Shown one piece after another: positions 22,033 to 33,500 of a DNA stretch of 64,000 bases; the first letter of the stretch is position 1, and each line of letters opens with the position of its first letter. The notes under the pieces are model-generated. The model had not been told where the DNA came from. It saw only the letters and a program-made list of their open reading frames with translations, and did no database searches. Both the position numbers and the translations under genes were made by a program. This DNA comes from Malacoraja senta (lineage: Eukaryota), in assembly GCA_038087875.1 (NCBI GenBank), contig JAXLNO010005151.1, positions 124,001-188,000 on the forward strand, in the 5' to 3' direction.

Positions 22033-23906
22033 GTAAGTGGCAAGTCAATGAGGCTGATCACTTGAGACCATAAATCTCCTGGACTGAGATAACAGTCTCA
22101 ACTCACACTCTTAACTAAGCTGTGGATTTAGACTTTAGGCTTTAGAGATATGCTGCAGATACAGGCCCCTCAGCTCACTGAGTCCTCGCTGAATAGTGAT
22201 CAACCCATACATTTACACTAACCTACACAGTACGGACAATTTACAATTTTACCTAAGCCAAGTAACCTACAAACCTGTATGTCTTTGTAGTGTGGGAGGA
22301 AACCCACGCAGTCACAGGGAGAACATACAATGTCCTTGCAGACAGCACCTGTAGTCAGGATCAAACCCAGGTCTCTGGTGCAGTAAGGCAGCAGCTCTAC
22401 CGCTACGCCACTGTGCCACCCATTATTAATTTGTGGTTATCTAATTGCTCATAATTATTGATAGTCAATGGAATGTGGTTTTAGTTTAAGAGATACAGCG
22501 CAGAAACCGGCCCTTCAGCCCACCGAGTCTGCGTCAACCAGCGATCCCTGCACACTTACATTATCTTACTTATTAGGGGACAATTTACAATTATACCAAG
22601 CCAATTAACCTACAAACCTGTATGTCTTTGGACTGAGTGAGGAAACCGGAGATCCAGGCAAAACCCACGCAAGTCCCGGGGAGAAGGTACAAAACTCTGT
22701 ACAGACGGGACCCGTAGTCAGAATTGAACCGGGTCTCTGGCGCTGTAAGGCAGCAGTTCCACCGAGTGGGCAAAGCAGAGCCAAATGGAATACAGTGTAG
22801 CAAGTGTCTGGTTTTACATTTTGGCAGTCGGAATAAAGACATAGACTATTTTCTAAATGGGGAGAGAATTGAGAAACCTGAGCTACAAAGTGGGAGTACT
22901 AGTGCAGGATTCCCAAATAGTTCATTTGCAGATTGAGTCAGTGGTAAGTAAGGCAAATGCAATGCCAGCATTCATTTCGGGGGGCGTAGAATATAAAAAC
23001 AATAATATAATGCTGAGGATTTATCGGGCACTGGTGAAGACACATTTGGAATATTGTGAGCAGTTTTGGGCTCCATATTAGAAAGGATGTGCTGGCTTTG
23101 GAGAGGGTCGAGAGGATGTATGTCCTGGGGATGATTGATTTAACGTATGAGGAGTGTTTGAAGTCTCTGTGCCTGTGCTCATGGGATTTAGAAGGATGAG
23201 GTGGGAATCTCATTGAAACCTACCAGCAGGGCCGGATTTAGATGAAGAGAGGCCCTAAGCTGTTCCACTTGTGAGGCCCCCCCCCCAATCCCCCACCCCC
23301 ACGACCAGAGGAAGATGGTCCACCAGATTGACACCGATTTGCAGCCGAGCGTGGCCAATGAGATAAGGGGCTGGAAAGCTGGGCTTTATTTATTTATTTA
23401 TTGCCACTGCTAGTGTCGAGTTATTGGCTTAAAATACTATTATTCTGAAATGGAGGGCAAGGAAAATTACTGAAGTGTTGTTTAGAGACTACAGTGCGTT
23501 GTGACAGCATATGTAAGAAAGGCCTATGACAGTGTCAAAAATATTATACACCTTGCAGGGCTCTCACTTAATTTTTTTTCTCTGTTGTCAGCCGGGCAAC
23601 CTTGGTAGCTTTTTAAGTTGCCAAATGACAGTTTAGGTGGTTATTTAAGATGGCTTGCATGACACGTGCGATAATGTGCTCGGACGACCAGTCAGAATTA
23701 TGCTCAATGAAGCATTCACATATTATTTCTGCTTCAAATAAAGCCACAAACTAAACATATTCACCAATCAGGACATGATATATACCACAATGACATGCAG
23801 CACAATTATAATACTGTATCTTAACTCTTTTTACACGTTGCAATGAATGCAATTTCTATTATTTCTTTCCACTTCCAAAAAAAAATGTGGTTGGATTATT
23901 CAGCGT

Positions 23907-24505
23907 ATGATCAACCTCGGTGAGACCAAGTGCAGGCTTGGCGATTGCTTCGCACAACACCTCCACTCAGTTCGCAATAACCAACCTGATCTCCCGGTGG
24001 CTCAGCACTTCAACTCCCCCTCCCATTCCGAATCTGACCTTTCTGTCCTGGGCCTCCTCCATGGCCAGAGTGAGGCCCACCGCATATTGGAGGGGCAGCA
24101 CCTCATATTTGCTTGGGTAGTTTACACCCCAGCGCTATGCACATAGGCTTCTCTAATTTCAGGTAGTCCTTGTTTCTCCCTCCTTCCCCTCCCATTCCCA
24201 GCTCTCCCACAGCCTACTGTCTCCGTCTCTTCCTTTATTTTTCATGTCATTCCCCCCCCCCCCCGACATCAATCTGAAGAAGGGTCTCGACCCGAAACAT
24301 CGTCTATTCCTTCGCTGCCTCACCCGCTGATTTTCTACAGCTTTTTTGTCTACCAATGGGATCCCACAACTGGCCACATCTTCCCATCTCCTCCCCTGTT
24401 GGCTTTCCATAGAGACCGCTCCCTCCATAACTCCCTGGTCAATTTGTCCCTTCCCACCCAAACCACCCCCTCTCCTGGCACTTTCCATTGCAACTGCAGG
24501 AAATG
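23907..24505 (+). mobile_element. Penelope-like element fragments (GIY-YIG C-terminus, hammerhead-like motif at 24274-24301) nested in the hAT
   Basis: GETKCRLGDCFAQHLHSVRNNQPDLPVAQHFNSPSHS in ORF 23847-24146. Confidence 0.8.
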
Positions 24506-24878
24506 CTACACTTGGCGTTTTAATTAAGTTCAAGACAATGGGGCTGTACATTGGCCATAAGGTTGCTGCCTAAAAGTGCCAGAGACCTGGAATTGATCCT
24601 GAATATGGGTGTTGTCTGTTTGGAGTTTGCTCCTTTTCACTTTGATCGCATGGGTTTTCTTCGGGTGCTCTTGTTTCCTTCCACATTCCAAAGGTGTGCA
24701 GGAACCTATTTCAGAACCAACCCTAAACGTAATATTTCCCTTTTGTCCAGAGATTCTGTCTGACCTGTTGAGTTACTCCAGCTTTGTGTGTCTATCTTCA
24801 GTTTAAACCAGCATCTGCAGTTCCTTCCTACACACACGATACTATACGATAGAACTTTATTAATCCCAGGAGGGAAAT

Positions 24879-24911
24879 TGTGTGTGTGTGCGTGTGGGTA
24901 TATATACTATG

Positions 24912-24942
<31 letters not shown>
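24879..24942. repeat. Compound (TG)n/(CA)n/(TA)n microsatellite
   Basis: Seen directly. Others at about 27395-27480, 34893-34915, 45570-45650 and CT-rich 47150-47290. Confidence 0.85.
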
Positions 24943-24943
<1 letters not shown>

Positions 24944-27900
24944 CAATACAATTACAATACAATTTTATTTGTCTTTTGGACAAATTTGTCATTTGGACCC
25001 CGTTGAGGTCCAAACGAAATGTCGTTTCTGCAGCCATACATTACAAAACGAAGAAGACCCGAGACACAACACAATTTACACATACATCCATCACAGCGCT
25101 GTGATGGAAGGCAAAAAAACGTATCTCTCCACTGCACTCCCCCCCCCCCACCCCCCCGATGTCAGAGTCAAAGTCAAAGCCCCCGGCGGGCGATGGTGAT
25201 TATCCCGCGGCCATTAAAGCCACGCCGGTTAATGCAGGGTCGCGCACCGCGTCTTGGTGTTAGAGCCCCGGCGCGCGCTCGCAAAGTCCGGCGGCCATTC
25301 CAAGCCGCGCGGGGCGGTGATGTAAAGCCCCCCTCCAGGTGCTCTTCAACCCCGCAACTCGGGCGGGAGAAGTCGCCGCTGCGGATGCCCCGAAAAGCGG
25401 TGTCCCACCAGGGGACCCACGGGCTTCCGGTGTTGCCATCCGCCAGACCCGCGGTTGTAGCCTCCGAATCTCCGGGGGTCGGGTAGCAGCAGCGATTGTC
25501 TCCACCACAGCTATAAATATACACCGTTTTGTTTTCTCGTTTATAACATTGTTTACAGAGTACTATGTTTACATATTCTGTTGTGCTGCTGCAAGTAAGG
25601 ATTTCATTGTTCTAACTGGGACGTGAGAGAATAAACTCTTGACTCTTGACTTACTTCGCTAATGTGTGGGAAAGAACTAGTGTACGGCTGATCAATAGTC
25701 GGCGTGGACTCGGAGGGCTGAAGGGCCTGTTTCCACGCTGTATCTTCAAATTAAGCTAAAGACACTAAAACCAGAGGGAGTCTAAAGAAGTGTTTCTACC
25801 CGAAACGTCACCCAATTTCTTCTATCCTGAGTTGCTGGCTGCTCCATGGAGTTCCCCCGCACAATTAAAGCATGGAATAGTCTTCACCCTACCATAGTTA
25901 CCCAACCAGATGCAACTAAATTTAAGGTACCTCTTTTTTCCCCAAGAACCCTTTTTTGCTTAAGTCCAAGTCAAGAGTCAAGAGAGTTTTATTGTCATGT
26001 GTCCCAGATAGGACAATGAAATTCTTGCTTGCTGCAGCACAACAGAATATGTGAACATAATACAGAACAGGAGATAAAAGTTCAGTGTGTTTATATACCA
26101 TAGACCATATATATACACAATAAATAAATAGATAAAATGCAATAGGCTGTTATTGTTCAGCCCTCTACCACCTCCAGTTTAAATTCCTTTTAGAATATTT
26201 ATGGAGGATCAGGAAACCAGAAGCGAGAGTTACTCCAGGGAGATACTCCTGATCCAGGGTCAGGGAGTGATTCTGTGTTAGTTTTCAGCGGTTGCGGCGA
26301 GGCAGCAATGGCGGCCAAATCTCCCACAATTCAAAGCGAGGGAGAAAGTGCCCAGCGCCGACCAGTTGCCGTGGCAGTGCGCATGCGCAGGGCGGCCGAT
26401 GACGTGCGGGCTGTGGTTGTGCGCATGTGCAGGGGAGGACGTGCTGGCCGTAGCAGTGTGCATGTGCAAGGCGGCCGGCCGTGCCGGCGGATGAGGAGCG
26501 AGCGGAGAACGGAGACCCGGACACGGAGAGTGACAGACGGAGATAGAGATAGAGAGGGGGCCGCCCCGCCCAGAGTTGAACGGCTGGTGTCCTGCCTTGG
26601 CCGGAGGCCCCCTATATTTCAGGGCCCCAGGCTTCAGCCTATGAAGCCTAGTGGTAAATCCGGCTCTGCGAGCCCCTCCTAGATCTCCAGGCCCTAAACT
26701 GAAGCTTGTCCATCTTATATGTAAATCCGGCCCTGCCTACCAGATAATGAAATGCCTGGTTAGTTGATGGGAAAGGAAGTTTTCAGTAATGGGAGAGTCT
26801 AGCACAGCCTCACAATAAAAATACCTACCTTCAATATGGAGATGAGGAGGAATCTCTTTAGTCACAGGGTGGTGAATCTGTGGAATTCATTGATACAAAC
26901 AGCTGTGTGGGTCAAGTCATTGCATATTTTTCAAGCAGAGATTGATAGGTTCTTGATGAGTACGGGTGACAAAGGTTACAGGGAGAAGGCTAGAGAATGG
27001 GATTTAGCGGTAAAAAATAGATCTGCTATGACTGAATGGTGGAGTAGACTCAATGGACTTGAAAGGCATAATTCCGCTCCAATATCTTATGGTCAAAATT
27101 ATTCTTATGTCACCCTTAACTCACCCATCCAAATGTAGGAACAGTGGAAGCAAGATAGGCTGATCCTGGACAAGGTCTCTTATCTTCTTCCTTGGGCATC
27201 TAGCTAATTTTCTGATAGTAGCTAGTTACACAAAAGACCAATAGTGGTGCCATATTATCAGGCTGAAGTAGCAGCACCTGTTCTGTAGCTGACTTATTTG
27301 TTCCAGACAAGACCTCTGCAAAGATCTTCACACCAGGGCCAAGCTGACATGGTTAAGATTGCTGGTCAGTACAAATAGACAGTAGTGTTAATGTCTGTGT
27401 GTGCCTATGTGTGTATGTGTGTGTGGGCTCATGTGTGTGAGACAGTGAGGGGGAGAGAGAGAGAAAGAGAGAGCATGTGTATGTGAGAAAATTAAACTCA
27501 GATATCATTGAAATATCAGCAAAGATTAAAACCTTTGAAGTTTTATCAACTATAAATGGGTTCACTTTTATTTGCTATAATAACAATCATCAACATAAGA
27601 AAATGGCCTTGTTGACCTCTACACTGTAAATAGTCATATATTTCTGACGTACTTGATTCTTTAAATTCTTAATTAAATGCTGCAGATAAAATCTCAATAC
27701 CTCAATGCTAATATGAACTTAATGATTTTTCATTGATCATTTTAAGCACATCCATCCTCTGTATAAATACTTAAATCTAAAACGTTATTACTTTTTAATT
27801 AGATATGAACAGTGCTACTTTAATTTAGATAATAAAATCATTACAATGTTGTTATTGATCACTAAATGTTTAAAATGCACTATACAGTGGCTTGCAAAAG

Positions 27901-28102
27901 TTTTCATACCCCTTGAACTTTTCCACATTTTGTCACGTTACAACCACAAACGTAAATGTATTTTATTGGGATTTTATGTGATAGACCAACACAAAGTGGT
28001 GCATAATTGTGAAGTGGAAGGAAAATGATACATGGTTTTCAAATTTTGTTACAAATAAAAAACTGAAAAGTGTCGCGTGCAAAAGTATTCAGCCCCCCTG
28101 AG

Positions 28103-29112
28103 TCAATACTTTGTAGAACCACCTTTCGCTGCAATTACAGCTGCAAGTCTTTTGGGGTATATCTCTACCAGCTTTGCACATCTAGAGACTGAAATTTTTG
28201 CCCATTCTTCTTTGCAAAATAGCTCAAGCTCAGTCAGATTGGATGGAGAGCATCTGTGAACAGCAATTTTCAAGTCTTGCCAGAGATTCTCAATTGGATT
28301 TAGGTCTGGACTTTGACTGGGCCATTCTAACACATGAATACGCTTTGATCTAAACCATTCCATTGTAGCTCTAGGGTCGTTGTCCTGCTGGAAGGTGAAC
28401 TTCCACCCCGGTCTCAAGTCTTTTGCAGACTCTAACAGGTTTTCTTCCAAGATTGCCCTGTATTTGGCTCCATCCATCTTCCCCCATCAACTCTGACCAG
28501 CTTCCCTGTCCCTGCTGAAGAAAAGCATCCCCACAGCATAATGCTGCCACCACCATGTTTCACAGTGGGGATGGTGTGTTCAGGGTGATGTGCAGTGTTA
28601 GGTTTCCGCCACACATAGCGTTTTGCATTTAGGCCAAAAACTTCAATTTTGGTCTCATCTGACCAGAGCACCTTCCTCCACATGTTTGCTGTGTCCCCCA
28701 CATGGCTTGTGGCAAACTGCAAACGGGACTTCTTATGGGCTTTTTTCAACAATGGCTTTCTTCTTGCCACTCTTCCATAAAGGCCCGATTTGTGGAGTGC
28801 ACGACTAATAGTTTTCCTGTGGACAGATTCTCCCACCTGAGCTGTGGATCTCTGCAGCTCCTGCAGAGTTACCATGGGCCTCTTGGCTGCTTCTCTGATC
28901 AATGCTCTCCTTGCCCGGCCTGTCAGTTTAGGTGGACGGCCATGTCTTGGTAGGTTTGCAGTTGTGCCATACTCTTTCCATTTTCGGATGATGGATTGAA
29001 CAGTGCTCCGTGAGATGTTCAAAGCTTGGGATATTTATTTATAACCTAACCCTGTTTTAAACTTCTCCACAACTTTATCCCTGACCTGTCTGGTGTGTTC
29101 CTTTGGCTTCAT
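28103..29112 (-). pseudogene. Tc1 DD34E-type transposase, disrupted
   Basis: MKPKEHTRQVRDKVVEKF...GYK*ISQALNIS (stop at codon 26), GRPPK, WSDE, KHGGGSIMLWGCF, frameshift near 28477, then FQQDNDP-RATMEW. The second D to E spacing is 30 rather than 34, i.e. a 12-nt deletion. Ends SPDLNPIE...AKGGSTKY. Confidence 0.92.
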
Positions 29113-29193
29113 GATGTTGTTTGTTCACTAATGTTCTCTAACAAACCTCTGAGGCCTTCACAGAACAGCTGTATTTATACTGAGATTAGATTA

Positions 29194-29535
29194 ATAATAA
29201 TAATAATAATAATGGATGGGATTTATATAGCGCCTTTCTAATACTCGGCGCTTTACATCGCATTATTCATTCACTCCTCAGTCACACTCGGTGGTGGTGA
29301 GCTACTTCTGTAGCCACAGCTGCCCTGGGGCAGACTGACGGAAGCGTGGCTGCTAATCTGCGCCTACGGCCCCTCCGACCACCACCAATCACTCACACAC
29401 ATTCACACGCAGGCAAAGGTGGGTGAAGTGTCTTGCCCAAGGACACAACGACAGTATGCACTCCAAGCGGGATTCGAACCGGCTACCTTCCGGTTGCCAG
29501 CCGAACACTTAGCCCATTGCGCCATCTGTCGTCCC
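29194..29535 (-). mobile_element. tRNA-derived SINE with L2-type tail and (ATT)n, inserted in the Tc1 5' region
   Basis: Minus strand: A box TGGCGCAATGG, B box GGTTCGAATCC, core GTTGTGTCCTTGGGCAAGACACTT, tail GTAAAGCGCC...AAAGGCGCTATATAAAT plus (ATT)n; likely TSD AGATTA at 29188-29193 and 29537-29542. Confidence 0.85.
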
Positions 29536-29853
29536 GAGATTACACACAAGTGGACTCTATTTACTAATAAGGTGACTTCTGAAGGCAATTGGTTGCACTG
29601 GATTTTATTTAGGGGTATCAGAGTAAAGGGGGCTGAATATTTTCGCACGCGACACTTTTCAGTTTTTTATTTGTAAAAAAATTTGAAAACCATGTATAAT
29701 TTTCCTTCCACTTCACAATTATGTGCCACTTTATGTTGGTCTATCACATAAAATCCCAATAAAATACATTTACGCTTGTGGTTGTAACGTGACAAAATGT
29801 GGAAAAGTTCAAGGGGTATGAATACTTTTGCAAGCCACTGTATATGCCAACAG

Positions 29854-30074
29854 AGAGGGCAGTGAAAGAAGATATGAAGATTAGGATCGTGACTGGAGCT
29901 GTAATTGTTCCTCTCATTCTCCTGGGGATCATCCTTGGAATTGGTTGCTGGAAGAAGAGGAAAAAGAGAAAACCTTTCAATGAACAGGTACCAGCTGACA
30001 ACAGCAGAGACCAGGAGAGGACCATGAAGCACAATCAGCTTCCTTTGGGATGCAGAGGAGGTCTACCGGAATGA
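29854..30074 (+). CDS. MHC class I-like connecting peptide/transmembrane/cytoplasmic exon (3' boundary uncertain)
   Basis: Acceptor CCAACAG| in phase 1. Reads (E)RAVKEDMKIRIVTGAVIVPLILLGIILGIGCWKKRKKRKPFNEQ..., a hydrophobic stretch followed by a basic stop-transfer cluster. Possible donors at 29988 or 30061; otherwise it reads to TGA at 30072-30074 at the edge of a CR1 fragment. Confidence 0.8.
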
Positions 30075-30530
30075 TGCCTGGATTAGTGGGGTATTAGCCA
30101 CAGGGAGAAGTTGGACAGACTGGACAGTTGGATTGTTTTCTCTGGAATGTCGGGGATTGAGGGGAGACCTGACAGTAATATATCAAACTGGGAGGAGTAG
30201 AGATAGGGTAGACCATCAGACTTTTTACCCAGGAAGGAAATATCAAATAAGAGCAGGTATTGCTTTACAATGAGTGGCAAAGTTAAAAAAAGATGTGCAG
30301 GACAAGTGTTTTACGCCAAGGGTGGCGAGTGACTGGAATGTGCTGCTGGAGGTGGTGGTGGAAGCAGATATGATAGTGGCATTTAAGAGACTTTTAGATA
30401 GGCACATGTATATGCAGGGAATGGGTGGATATGGATTATGTGCAAGCAGATAACAATTGGTCTTGGCATCATGTTCGGCACAAACATTGTGGGTCAAAGG
30501 GCCTGTTCTTGTGCTGTACTGTTCTATGCT
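30063..30530 (+). mobile_element. CR1-clade 3' fragment directly after the TM exon
   Basis: Matches other CR1 3' ends (ACCGGAATGATGCCTGGATT...GGGCCTGTTCTTGTGCTGTACTGTTCTATG). Confidence 0.75.
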
Positions 30531-33500
30531 CTTTATTGTATCAATGCTGACAGATGACTTTACATTCAGCCATTAATTTTTCAAATGCTGTCTTCATTGC
30601 AGTTACCCTGTGATTCCAAAGTCATACATTGCGCCACATTTTGGAATAAAAGGTCGCCTATTTGATTGATTGATACTTTATTATCACATGTGACATGTCA
30701 CAGTGAAATTCTTTGCTTTGCATAACATACACAAGGTATACATACACAAGTCACCATGTATAGGGTGTCGACACAGTTACAAAGTAATCATTACAGTCCC
30801 CAATGGTCCCTCTTTGTTCTCGGCAGCCCCTCCATGTTGGGTTCACCTGTGTTATCCGCGCCCCCCCCCCCCCCAACCCCGGGACCCTCTTTGTTATCTT
30901 TGTTCTCGGCAGTCCTCCCATGTTGGGTCCCTCTTTAAAATAGTTACGAAGAAGATTTATTTTCCAGGAGGTGTATGATTTGCCTCAACTTTCTATTCCA
31001 GCTGTGAAGACAAGGTGAATGAATATTTTCTAGGTTGAGATATAGAGAATTTTAGATCAGAAATGAATCAAAAATTGCAGGAATTATGCAGTAAACTGAT
31101 CAAAATCAGATTGGACATAAAGTTATTGAATGATGCAGTCTGTTCAAGGGGGCTTACAGCTGATTACTAATCTTATTTTATATAAAACATAAAAATGTTC
31201 ATCTCAGGAAGAGGCCCTTTGGCCCACAATGTCTGTGGTGAACATGATGAGATGCTAAACTGATCCCATCCAACTGCAACATGATCCATATCCCTCTATT
31301 TCCTGCAGATCAGTTTGTCGATCTAAAAGCCTCTCAAACATCATATACATATCTTGCCAGAGATAGACACAAAAAGTTGGAGAAACTCACCGGGTCAGTC
31401 AGCATCTCTGGATACAAGGCATAGGTGACATTTCGGGATGAGACCCTTGTTCAGACTCCAGAAATGCTGTTTGACCCGCTGAGTCACTCCAGCTTTTTGA
31501 GCCTATCTTCGGGTTAAACCTGCATCTGCAGTTCGTTCCTAGTTATTTTGCCACTTCTCTTTGTCACATACTGTAACCTGCATTCCTTGTTCACATACCT
31601 GATGGTGTAGTGGAGAAGTAATTGCCTTTGCATTTAATGCTTCACTCAGTGCTTCAAGTATTTGATGGGCCAGTCAACAAGGATCTTTGTTTTCAATACG
31701 AACCACGCTCTACACCACAGCTTAGATAATATTGCTTAGTTTAGTTGAGTGATACAGCATGGATGCAGAGCCTTCAGCTCATCGAGTTGATACCAACCAT
31801 CCAACACACCAGTTCTGTTATCCCTCTTTCACATCCTCTTTCGATACACTAGGGCAATTTTACAAAGGCCAACTCACCTACAAACCTGTACATCATTGAG
31901 ATGTGCGAGGAAACCGGAGCACCGGGAGAAATCACACGTGGTCACAGGGAGAACATGCAAACTCCACATAGACAACATCCCAGTCCCATGTCCTGTGAAT
32001 ATTTATGGAACATGGTAACGTATGGGGGCTGTGTTTTGTTGACCTGACAGATCACAGGTAACAATACTCATTATCAAAGCTGTGGTGTAATAGCTGTGGA
32101 AGTGTTTTATGTGCAACAGACTGAGAATTTCATTGTATATCCACCAGTGTCATTTCTGAATTATGAGCATTTAATAAAATACTTTTGAATGAGTTTTACC
32201 AAGACTTTAGCATGCTACACTGACCTATATACTTGTTTTGTCATTGTTAATACTACAGACAGCTATTTACTCAATCATAAGTTCATAAGATCATAAGTGA
32301 TAGGAACAGAATTAGGCCATTCGTCCCATCAATCATGGCTGATCTATCCTATCCTCCAAACCACATTTTCCTACCTTCTCCCCATAACCCCCGACACCCG
32401 TTCTATTCAAGAATCTATCTATCTCTGCCATAAAAAAATATCCATTGACGGCCTCCACAGCCTTCTGTGGCAGAATTCCACAGATTCACCACCCTCTGAA
32501 TAAAGAAATTCCTCCTCATCTCCTTCCTAAAGGAGTGTACTTTAATTGTGAGGCTTTGCCCTCTGGTGAGATGCTGACACTAGTGGAAACATCCTCTCAA
32601 CATCCACTCTATCCAGGCCTTTCACTATCAGGTAAGTTTCAATGAGGTTTCCCTCATCCTTCTAAACTCCAGCGAGTAGAGGCCTAGTGCCGTCAAATGC
32701 TCATTTGAACAGAATAACAACAACTTTACTCTTCATATAACCAATTGTCAAAACTCACACCTCCACATTCAGGGACAGTCTCTTCCCAATTGTTATCAGG
32801 TAACTGAAACCATCCTACCTACAACCAGGGTGCAGTCTTGAACTACTGTCTCCTGCATTGGAGATCCTTGGACAATCTTTGATCGGACTTTACTGCCTTT
32901 ATCTTGCACCAAACGTTATTGACGTTATTCCCTTTATCATATATCTGTACACTATGGATGGCTCGATTGTAATCATGTATTGTCTTTCCACTGACTGGTT
33001 AGCACATTTAGTTTAGTTTAGTTTAGAGATACAGGGTGGAAACAGGGTCCGCACCAATTCCCGCACACTAACACTATCCTACACACACTTGGAACAGGTT
33101 TACATTTATACCAACCCAATTAACCTACATACCCATAGTCAAGATCAAACCCGGCTGTGTGGCACATAAGGCAGCAACTCCAGTGTTGCATCACCATGTT
33201 GCCCTTATTGTTGTAGGATGTGCAGGGAATGGAGGTATATTATGTGCCGGCAGATAGGAGTTGGTCTTGGCATCATGTTCAACACAGACATTGTGGGCCA
33301 AAGGGCCTGTTCCTGTGTTGTACTGATCTATTGTGGTGATTGTGAAAACACATAATAATTACTTGATTGCTGATATCTTAAGTGTATTTACTAGGTACAT
33401 TAAATATTCAGACAAAACTAAATTCCATTCCCGAGTCATCTAATTCCCACACCCTAGTCAGCATGAAACATCAACTTTCTTGATGTACTGATATTTATTT

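Larger units (their letters stand above)
23227..26735. mobile_element. Non-autonomous hAT DNA transposon (~3.5 kb including nested inserts)
   Basis: TIRs CAGGGCCGGATTTA (23227) and TAAATCCGGCCCTG (ends 26735); 8-bp TSD CCTACCAG at 23219-23226 and 26736-26743; no transposase ORF. Confidence 0.9.
22780..27090 (+). mobile_element. CR1-clade 3' fragment split into two parts (22780-23226 and 26744-27090) by a hAT insertion
   Basis: KTHLEYCEQFWAPY upstream; the sequence ...CTCATTGAAACCTACCAG|ATAATGAAATGCCTGG... rejoins across the insertion and continues into RRNLFSHRVVNLWNSL. Confidence 0.8.
27885..29840 (-). mobile_element. Tc1/mariner IR-DR transposon, Passport-like, defective, with a nested SINE
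   Basis: TA TSD at 27883-27884 and 29841-29842; ~213-bp TIRs (27885-28097, 29628-29840) starting CAGTGGCTTGCAAAAG, with inner direct repeats GCAAAAGTATTCA; transposase on the minus strand. Confidence 0.95.
11978..30074 (+). pseudogene. Non-classical MHC class I heavy-chain gene, disabled as given (alpha2 frameshift, alpha3 nonsense, Tc1 at TM acceptor)
   Basis: Five exons with GT-AG boundaries in consistent phase 1, class I exon sizes (52, 261, 275 [276 expected], 273 nt, then TM), C101-C164 and Ig-C1 cysteines, and YDG, W147, WLRIY and LPNxDGTYQ motifs. Confidence 0.9.

Noticed and set aside
29403-29535. tRNA gene
   Set aside because: A and B boxes belong to a SINE head continuing into a core and LINE-derived tail; the same applies to the V-SINE heads.
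29799-29853. N-terminal part of ORF 29799-30074 as coding
   Set aside because: It lies in the Tc1 TIR and intron upstream of the acceptor at 29853.
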